From IMG/VR virus record IMGVR_UViG_3300021127_000003: a stretch of 55,290 nucleotides of DNA. One strand, written 5' to 3'. A model generated the notes under the pieces. The model made no database searches. It worked only from the letters and a program-made list of their open reading frames with translations, and was not told where the DNA came from. Source of the stretch: an uncultured virus (IMG/VR IMGVR_UViG_3300021127_000003). Its lineage: Duplodnaviria > Heunggongvirae > Uroviricota > Caudoviricetes. Positions 49,017-55,290 of this stretch are shown here, piece by piece (position 1 is the stretch's first letter; each line of letters starts with the position of its first letter). A program made the translations under genes and the position numbers.

Positions 49017-49361
49017 ATGAAGGACTTTATAACAAAACTAAAAAAGTATGAGGGGTTATTTCTATACAATTATGCATCATATGATAAAAATTCACATAAG
49101 TTAAAAGTATATTATTTTTCACCAGATCAAGATCATCACTATCTGAGTGTTGATTTGGGAAAGAATTCTTCCGAATGTGAAATTGGTTCTTTGATTTTGA
49201 TGAATAATAGAGTTTTCGAGGATAATCCTATAAGTAAATTTGAATTGAGTGCAAAGAATAAAAAGGATTTTATCGAGTATCATAAAAGAAAAGAATCCTG
49301 GGAAAATAGTTTTATTCAAGACATCAACACAGTTTTTTCAAGCAAAAATTTGACTTTATAA
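49017..49361 (+). CDS. Hypothetical protein
   Basis: ORF from ATG 49017 (track start is TTG 48999). Confidence 0.5.
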   Translation: MKDFITKLKKYEGLFLYNYASYDKNSHKLKVYYFSPDQDHHYLSVDLGKNSSECEIGSLILMNNRVFEDNPISKFELSAKNKKDFIEYHKRKESWENSFIQDINTVFSSKNLTL

Positions 49362-49380
49362 ATAGTTTTTAATACTATTG
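49349..49380 (+). promoter_or_regulatory. Bacteroidota-type promoter variant
   Basis: TTTG-N20-TACTATTG upstream of ATG 49396. Confidence 0.55.
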
Positions 49381-49395
49381 TTTAAAAATTATAAT

Positions 49396-49746
49396 ATGCA
49401 AAATATTGATATAATCATCTACGCAAAAAATCTAATCCAGGAATTGGATAATGATGGATTTTTCATTCCAAATATAAACCCAATGATGGAAAAAGATATT
49501 TTTGAAAAACATTTATTTGTTTTTTGTGAAGAAAATATGAAACAACTTGGTGAACCAACAGTTGATAAAGAACAATTAGAGGAAGTTATAAATCGTACAA
49601 CCCATGATGTAATTTTGGCTACTATAAACTCTCTATACGATAAAGGACTTATTGATATTGTTGGAATGGATGAAAGTGGTGATTGTGTTTATGCACCTAC
49701 GGATAAAGCGGTTGAGGCTATTAAAAGTAATAAAGATATTAAATAA
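49396..49746 (+). CDS. Hypothetical protein (possible winged-helix C-terminus)
   Basis: INSLYDKGLI.IVGMDESG..VY.PT.K; ATG 49396. Confidence 0.55.
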   Translation: MQNIDIIIYAKNLIQELDNDGFFIPNINPMMEKDIFEKHLFVFCEENMKQLGEPTVDKEQLEEVINRTTHDVILATINSLYDKGLIDIVGMDESGDCVYAPTDKAVEAIKSNKDIK

Positions 49747-49775
49747 AAAAATATTTAACTTTTTTTATCAAAAAA

Positions 49776-49807
49776 TTTGGTTTTAGAGAAAAAGTTTATT
49801 ACTTTTG
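49776..49807 (+). promoter_or_regulatory. Bacteroidota-type primary-sigma promoter (-33/-7)
   Basis: TTTG-N20-TACTTTTG, an exact TAnnTTTG match, upstream of ATG 49826. Confidence 0.75.
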
Positions 49808-49825
49808 TTAAATAATTTATTTCTT

Positions 49826-51223
49826 ATGTCACAATCACAATTATTAAACGCTATGCGTACAAGAGACAACCGTACTGAAAATGGTATGGTTACAAACAGT
49901 TCTACACTTAATTCATGTGTTGATTTATTCTTCACTATTGGTGCTATGAGAGGTCAAGATAAAAATCTCTTAATTGCAAATTTTTCTAAAGCTTTTGTAG
50001 AAAATCCATTAACAGCAATGAAAATTTTGTTTTGGGTGCGTGATGCTCGTCAAGGCGCTGGTGAAAGACAAATCTTTAAAGATATTATGTCATATCTTGC
50101 AGAAAATAAAACATCTACCTTGGCTAAAAACCTTGAGTTAGTTCCGTTTTATGGTCGTTGGGATGACTTACTTGTATTGTTTGGTACAAAGCTTGACACT
50201 CAAGCAAAAGAATTGATCCAAACCGCATTAAACAACGGTGATGGTCTTTGCGCTAAGTGGATGCCACGTAAAGGTAAAGAAGCTATTGCTTTGGAACGTT
50301 TTATGAAGCTTTCACCAAAACAATATCGTAAATTGTTGGTTACAAATACAAAAGTTGTTGAGCAACTTATGTGTTCTAAGGGTTGGACTAATATTACATA
50401 CGAACATGTACCATCATTAGCTATGGCACGTTATTCTAAAGCTTTCGCTAAAAACGATAGCACAAGATTTGACATGTACAAAAATGGTGATACAAAGATA
50501 AACGCTGGTGCGGTATATCCATACGATGTTGTTAAAACATTAAGAATGGGTGATAAAACCTTAGCTGTAAAGCAATGGGAAGCGCTACCTAATTGGTTAG
50601 AAAATAACAATGAACGTTTATTGCCAGTATGTGACGTATCTGGTTCAATGTCAATATCTGCTGGTGGTAATCCAAATTTAACATGTATGGATGTTTGTAT
50701 ATCACTTGGTCTATACATTTCTGAAAGAAACGAAGGTATCTTTAAAAATGCTTTCTTAACTTTTAGTGATCATCCAAAATTGCAATATCTTACTGGTAAT
50801 TTATCAGATAGATTCCGTCAATTGGAATGTGCTGAATGGGGAGGTTCAACTAACCTTGAAGCTACATTTAGTTTGATTTTGAATAAGGCTCAAACTAATA
50901 ATTTACCACAATCAGAAATGCCAACAGCTATTTTGATTATGTCTGATATGGAATTTAACTATGCATGTCGTAAAACAGCCCTTGATATGATTAAGCACAG
51001 ATATTCACAAGCTGGATATGAAATGCCAAAAATTATATTTTGGAATATTCAAAGCAGACATTCTGGTAACTTTCCAGTACAAATTACCGATAATGGTACC
51101 GCATTGGTGAGCGGATTTTCACCTGCAATTTTAAAATCACTGTTATCTGGTGAAGATATGACACCAGTAGCTATTATGAATAAAACCGTATATAGCGAAA
51201 GATACGAACCAGTAACAGTCTAA
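49826..51223 (+). CDS. DUF2828-family protein (TROVE/Ro60-like helical domain plus vWA domain)
   Basis: TENG, CVDLFF, RDAR.GAGER, YGRWDDL, AKWMPR, VPSLAM, MIDAS-like DVSGSM, WGGSTNL, SDMEF, IIFWN and LVSGFSP. Confidence 0.85.
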   Translation: MSQSQLLNAMRTRDNRTENGMVTNSSTLNSCVDLFFTIGAMRGQDKNLLIANFSKAFVENPLTAMKILFWVRDARQGAGERQIFKDIMSYLAENKTSTLAKNLELVPFYGRWDDLLVLFGTKLDTQAKELIQTALNNGDGLCAKWMPRKGKEAIALERFMKLSPKQYRKLLVTNTKVVEQLMCSKGWTNITYEHVPSLAMARYSKAFAKNDSTRFDMYKNGDTKINAGAVYPYDVVKTLRMGDKTLAVKQWEALPNWLENNNERLLPVCDVSGSMSISAGGNPNLTCMDVCISLGLYISERNEGIFKNAFLTFSDHPKLQYLTGNLSDRFRQLECAEWGGSTNLEATFSLILNKAQTNNLPQSEMPTAILIMSDMEFNYACRKTALDMIKHRYSQAGYEMPKIIFWNIQSRHSGNFPVQITDNGTALVSGFSPAILKSLLSGEDMTPVAIMNKTVYSERYEPVTV

Positions 51224-51226
51224 GAT

Positions 51227-51435
51227 ATAAACGTTGGGAATAGATTCGGCAAGATTAACTATACAATTATCATGGCGATAGGAGTTTTTGATGATGTTTC
51301 TTCACCTTAAAATTGCTAACTTAATTGTTAGTATAAAGGACAAAAAAATCATTATAGTTTAGATAATACTATTCAAAAGTTCTATAGTTTAGATATTCAC
51401 TATTCAAAAAATCAACTATTCCGAGAAACGTTTAT
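51227..51435 (+). ncRNA. Putative structured RNA element 1 downstream of the DUF2828 gene
   Basis: The ends pair: ATAAACGTT/AACGTTTAT and GGAATAG-A-TT/AA-CTATTCC, followed by CGGCAA; several internal hairpins are enclosed. Confidence 0.55.
51353..51409 (+). repeat. Imperfect direct repeat of a small hairpin
   Basis: TATAGTTTAGATAATACTATTCAAAA and TATAGTTTAGATATTCACTATTCAAAA, each with an ATAGT/ACTAT stem. Confidence 0.8.
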
Positions 51436-51438
51436 TTG

Positions 51439-51492
51439 TGAAAGGCTTCAGCAATTCTTTTATCTTTTGACATAAGAAAAACAACCTTTCAG
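51439..51492 (+). ncRNA. Putative structured RNA element 2 (compact version)
   Basis: TGAAAGG-C-TT/AA-CCTTTCA followed by CAGCAA, the same architecture as element 1 with a different stem sequence. Confidence 0.55.
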
Positions 51493-51509
51493 TTTTATTT
51501 TATCCTTTT

Positions 51510-51547
51510 AAACTGACTGTTATGCAATATAACGGTCAGTTTTTTTT
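51510..51547 (+). terminator. Intrinsic terminator
   Basis: AAACTGACTGTTAT-GCAAT-ATAACGGTCAGTTT followed by a T-run. Confidence 0.88.
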
Positions 51548-51655
51548 ATCCACATTTTATCAAAATAATACTGGTTAAGTATGTTTATTATCAAAAATAT
51601 TTCTTAATATTGTATTACTAAAATAAATTTAACGTAAAAACTATCTATTAAAATT

Positions 51656-52321
51656 ATGACCTTAGGACAAGAATTTAGAAAATACGCTGTAAAAGGACAG
51701 GGTATCAGTAGTTTAACACTACACAACTTTGAAAGCTCAATTACACCGTATATTATTGAGGAAAGGCAATTGAATGTAACCCAAATGGATGTTTTTTCAC
51801 GTTTAATGATGGAAAGACTCATTTTTATGGGTACAGGAATAAATGATCAAGTATCAAATATTATCCAAGCTCAACTTTTATTCCTTGAATCAACAGACCC
51901 CACAGCAGATATTCAAATCTATATTAATTCTCCAGGTGGTGGAGTTTACGCTGGAATGGGTATTTATGACACAATGCAATATATAAAACCAGATGTATCA
52001 ACTATTTGTACAGGTTTAGCAGCCTCCATGGCAGCAGTTTTACTATGTGCTGGTGAAAAAAATAAAAGATTTGCATTACCACATTCAAGAATTATGATTC
52101 ACCAACCACTCGGTGGTGCAGATGGTCAAGCATCAGATATCGAAATTACAGCACGTGAAATTGTCAAATTAAAAAAAGAATTATATGACATAATTTCTAC
52201 TCATTCAGGACAATCTTATGAAAAAGTTTATGCTGACAGTGATAGAGATTACTGGATGACAGCCGCTGAAGCGAAAAAATATGGTATGATTGACGATGTA
52301 ATGGGAAATAGGAAAAAATAA
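51656..52321 (+). CDS. clpP: ATP-dependent Clp protease proteolytic subunit
   Basis: MDVFSRLMMERLIF, YINSPGG, GLAASMA (Ser), IMIHQP (His), DRDYWM (Asp); N-terminal EFRKYA..GISS..TPYIIEER is Bacteroidota-like. Confidence 0.95.
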   Translation: MTLGQEFRKYAVKGQGISSLTLHNFESSITPYIIEERQLNVTQMDVFSRLMMERLIFMGTGINDQVSNIIQAQLLFLESTDPTADIQIYINSPGGGVYAGMGIYDTMQYIKPDVSTICTGLAASMAAVLLCAGEKNKRFALPHSRIMIHQPLGGADGQASDIEITAREIVKLKKELYDIISTHSGQSYEKVYADSDRDYWMTAAEAKKYGMIDDVMGNRKK

Positions 52322-52332
52322 GTTAGGTCTTA

Positions 52333-52353
52333 GGGTACGGTTACCCAATTTTT
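52333..52353 (+). terminator. Possible weak terminator after clpP
   Basis: GGGTA-CGGT-TACCC then AATTTTT. Confidence 0.35.
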
Positions 52354-52356
52354 AAC

Positions 52357-52401
52357 TATTTATCAGTAAGTATTATATGAAAAAAAAGCTACTGATAGAT
52401 G
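52357..52401 (+). promoter_or_regulatory. TATTTAT motif overlapping the 5' arm of a stem that sequesters the fibre-gene ATG
   Basis: TATTTATCAGTA (52357-52368) pairs with TACTGATAGATG (52390-52401): 12 bp including 2 G-U. Confidence 0.5.
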
Positions 52402-55290
52402 TTAATATTACGACAGAATTTAAATAGACCCCTTACAGCACATGAGGCAGATGGTAACTTTACCTTTTTGCACATTACAGAATGGGTTCAACAGAGTTAT
52501 TTACAAGGTGAATTTGTATATCATACAGATTCATCAACACATATTACATCATTATATGTATGTTTGATCGATCACGATCAAACTGCATATACTGGTGGAT
52601 TTTCTATTTCTGGAGTTGTTAACGGTAACACGGTATTACTTTGGAAATTAATTGGTGGTGGTGGTGGTACATCTATTGGTAGATCGCCTCTCACAGGTAG
52701 ATGGCAACTTGATTTAACTACCGTACCACCAGCTTACAATCCAGGTTCGTTTTATATTGCATCGAATTTAGCACAAACCGATTTTGCCTCTTTAGAAAGA
52801 TTAAAAATTAATAATTATGATTCCACATCTGCTGATTGGGAATCATTTTTTCAAAATATTTCAAATAATACAAGTTCTGGTTTAATTCAAGTAACTGACA
52901 CTAATAATCCTGGAAATTTCGGTATATATCAATTTACAGGTGGTACAGTTTCACGTTCTGCTTATAGTACAAATACTCTTACACCAGTTGTAACGAATGG
53001 TAATTTTGTTGACACACAAAATTATGATATCAGTGTTATCACAGTTGGTAATGGTGGTTCTGGTTTAAGATATTTTATACAAGCTCCTCCAGCACCTTCG
53101 CCAGCTCATAATGGTGATAGATGGTATGATCTTACAACAGGTAACGAATATGTTTTTATAAATGATGGTAATAGCTCACAATGGGTTTCACCATTTCAAT
53201 CAGGAACATCAGGCACATCTGGACAATCAGGTACATCTGGTGTTAGTAATTTTGGTTCAGCATTAATATGGAATTATGACGGAACCGCAAATCCAACACA
53301 TTTTAATTATTCAATAGCAGGTAGTTCAATCTCTACAACAGTATCTTATGATGCTGTTAACGGAAATGCCAACGATTGGATTGATACAGTACACACATTA
53401 TTAGATTCAAATCAAAATGTTATTATAACATTAGTTGATAAAAATAATGTAAGCAATTTTATAACATATCTTTTAACATCCGATAATTACGGAGCAGGTT
53501 ATTCCCTTAATGGTAATATAATTGCTCAAAATGGAACATTTAGTTCTGGTACAGATGTATATTTTGCATATTCTTTAGCCCCATATAATTCAACATCAGG
53601 AACAGGTGGTACTTCAGGAACATCTGGTACATCTGGTCAAGATGGTACTTCAGGTTCTTCTGGAACCTCAGGAACAAGTGGAACATCAGGTATTGATGGT
53701 GCTGATGGTGCATCTGGTTTAAGTGGTTCTTCTGGCACATCAGGTGAAGATGGAACAAATGGTATATCAGGTGTTAGTGGAACATCTGGCACGAATGGTA
53801 CTTCAGGTACAAATGGTAGTTCAGGAACAAACGGAACATCAGGTACAAATGGTAGTTCAGGAACAAACGGAACATCAGGTACAAATGGTAGTTCAGGAAC
53901 AAACGGAACATCTGGTACAAATGGTAGTTCAGGTACATCAGGTTCTTCAGGTTCTTCAGGTTCATCAGGAACAAGCGGAACAAATGGAACAGCTGGTACA
54001 AGCGGTTTAAGTAATACTTCAGGAACAAATGGTACTGCTGGAACAAGCGGTACTTCAGGCACATCTGGTACGAGCACAACTGCTGGTACATCAGGATCAA
54101 GCAATACATCTGGTACATCAGGAACGAATGGTACAAATGGTTCTTCAGGTACATCTGGTACATCAGGAACTAATGGTATATCAGGAACCTCTGGTTTAGC
54201 TGCAAGTTCAGGTACATCAGGAACCAGTGGTAGCCAGGGTACATCTGGTTCTTCTGGCACATCAGGTGAAGATGGAACAAATGGTACTTCAGGTCAAGAT
54301 GGCACCTCAGGAACAAGTGGTAGTACAGGTACATCTGGTATTGATGGTACAAATGGTACTGATGGCGTTGACGGCACATCAGGTACATCAGGCTCTTCAG
54401 GTTCATCTGGTTTGAATGGATTAAATGGTATTGACGGCATTTCTGGACTTAGTGGAACATCAGGAACAAGTGGAACATCAGGAACAAGTGGCGAAGATGG
54501 TACTTCTGGAACTTCAGGTTCAAGCGGCACAAGTGGTACTTCTGGAACTTCAGGTATCGATGGTGTTAATGGTATTTCAGGTATTAGTGCAACATCAGGA
54601 ACAAGTGGTGAAGATGGTACATCAGGAACAAGTGGTGCTTCTGGAACTTCAGGTACGAGCGGAACATCTGGTATTGATGGTACTGATGGTATTTCTGGAC
54701 TAAGTGGTAGTTCAGGTACTTCAGGTACAAGTGGTGAGGATGGCACATCAGGGCATGATGGTATATCAGGTTCTTCTGGTACTTCAGGCACAAGTGGTAC
54801 GACTGGTATTGATGGCGCTGATGGCATTTCTGCAATTAGTGGTTCCTCAGGTACATCAGGTTCGTCTGGAACAAGCGGTGAAGATGGTACAAATGGTACT
54901 GATGGCGTTGACGGCACATCAGGTACATCAGGTTCTTCAGGTACATCAGGTACTTCTGGGACAAGTGGTACTGATGGCGTTGACGGCACATCAGGTACAT
55001 CAGGTTCGTCTGGTGAGGATGGAACAAATGGTACATCTGGTGAAGATGGTACTTCAGGTACATCAGGCACCTCTGGAACAAGTGGTGAAGATGGTACTTC
55101 TGGAACAGATGGTATTGATGGTACATCAGGCACCTCTGGAACAAGTGGCGAAGATGGTACTTCTGGAACATCTGGACAAGATGGAACAAGTGGTACATCA
55201 GGTACTTCTGGGACAAGTGGTGAAGATGGAACAAATGGTACTGATGGCGTTGACGGCACATCAGGTACATCAGGTTCTTCAGGTACATCA
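52399..55290 (+). CDS. Collagen-like (Gly-Thr-Ser) tail-fibre/virion fibre protein, 3'-truncated by the window edge
   Basis: Absent from the ORF track; open frame from ATG 52399 ([21 protein letters not shown]) to the end (964 codons visible): globular domains, a GDRWYD...QWV motif, then Gly-X-Y repeats. Confidence 0.85.
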   Translation, partial: MLILRQNLNRPLTAHEADGNFTFLHITEWVQQSYLQGEFVYHTDSSTHITSLYVCLIDHDQTAYTGGFSISGVVNGNTVLLWKLIGGGGGTSIGRSPLTGRWQLDLTTVPPAYNPGSFYIASNLAQTDFASLERLKINNYDSTSADWESFFQNISNNTSSGLIQVTDTNNPGNFGIYQFTGGTVSRSAYSTNTLTPVVTNGNFVDTQNYDISVITVGNGGSGLRYFIQAPPAPSPAHNGDRWYDLTTGNEYVFINDGNSSQWVSPFQSGTSGTSGQSGTSGVSNFGSALIWNYDGTANPTHFNYSIAGSSISTTVSYDAVNGNANDWIDTVHTLLDSNQNVIITLVDKNNVSNFITYLLTSDNYGAGYSLNGNIIAQNGTFSSGTDVYFAYSLAPYNSTSGTGGTSGTSGTSGQDGTSGSSGTSGTSGTSGIDGADGASGLSGSSGTSGEDGTNGISGVSGTSGTNGTSGTNGSSGTNGTSGTNGSSGTNGTSGTNGSSGTNGTSGTNGSSGTSGSSGSSGSSGTSGTNGTAGTSGLSNTSGTNGTAGTSGTSGTSGTSTTAGTSGSSNTSGTSGTNGTNGSSGTSGTSGTNGISGTSGLAASSGTSGTSGSQGTSGSSGTSGEDGTNGTSGQDGTSGTSGSTGTSGIDGTNGTDGVDGTSGTSGSSGSSGLNGLNGIDGISGLSGTSGTSGTSGTSGEDGTSGTSGSSGTSGTSGTSGIDGVNGISGISATSGTSGEDGTSGTSGASGTSGTSGTSGIDGTDGISGLSGSSGTSGTSGEDGTSGHDGISGSSGTSGTSGTTGIDGADGISAISGSSGTSGSSGTSGEDGTNGTDGVDGTSGTSGSSGTSGTSGTSGTDGVDGTSGTSGSSGEDGTNGTSGEDGTSGTSGTSGTSGEDGTSGTDGIDGTSGTSGTSGEDGTSGTSGQDGTSGTSGTSGTSGEDGTNGTDGVDGTSGTSGSSGTS
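53599..55290 (+). repeat. Gly-X-Y triplet repeat region (~188 triplets visible) with nested tandem units
   Basis: GGN-ACN-TCN 9-nt periodicity; 36-nt unit x3.5 at 53806-53931; GGTACTGATGGCGTTGACGGCACATCAGGTACATCAGG recurs four times. Confidence 0.92.

Noticed and set aside
51353..51409. Mini CRISPR array
   Set aside because: Only two imperfect copies 4 nt apart, no spacer-length unique sequence and no cas genes; the PD-(D/E)XK nuclease lacks the Cas4 cysteine cluster.
51224..51655. tRNA genes in the long intergenic region
   Set aside because: No GTTCRA T-loop or cloverleaf was found by eye; tRNAscan-SE or ARAGORN would confirm.
53540..55288. Pro/Val-rich minus-strand ORFs and off-frame plus-strand ORFs in the track
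   Set aside because: They are shadows of the GGN-ACN-TCN repeat; the coding frame is the plus-strand ORF from 52399.
1..55290. Stop-codon reassignment as seen in some large Bacteroidota phages
   Set aside because: Genes are full length in the standard code, coding density is high, and TAG (dnaJ) and TGA both end genes at sensible positions.

Overview
AT-rich, gene-dense segment of a large (probably jumbo) contractile-tailed phage genome, almost all on the + strand and in the standard genetic code. A Bacteroidota host is suggested by TTTG-N20-TAnnTTTG promoters and by Bacteroidota-style SigA and ClpP homologues. In order, the window holds: (1) a class II ribonucleotide reductase (nrdJ) with two LAGLIDADG cis-inteins, fractured by a third, naturally split intein whose halves flank a free-standing Vsr-like endonuclease, followed by an HNH-like endonuclease; (2) a ~25 kb baseplate/tail module; (3) RuvC, primase, PD-(D/E)XK nuclease, SbcD/SbcC and a sigma-70 factor; (4) membrane proteins, an amidase-like protein and putative internal head proteins; (5) small accessory genes, a methyltransferase, dnaJ, a DUF2828 (TROVE/vWA-like) gene, clpP and a Gly-Thr-Ser collagen-like fibre gene running off the right edge. 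The strongest leads are the trans-spliced three-intein NrdJ with hairpin/promoter control of its endonuclease, two related structured RNA elements in the 3' region of the DUF2828 gene, and one gene inverted exactly at its start and stop codons (46999-47631). All family calls come from motif recognition by eye; no database searches were run.
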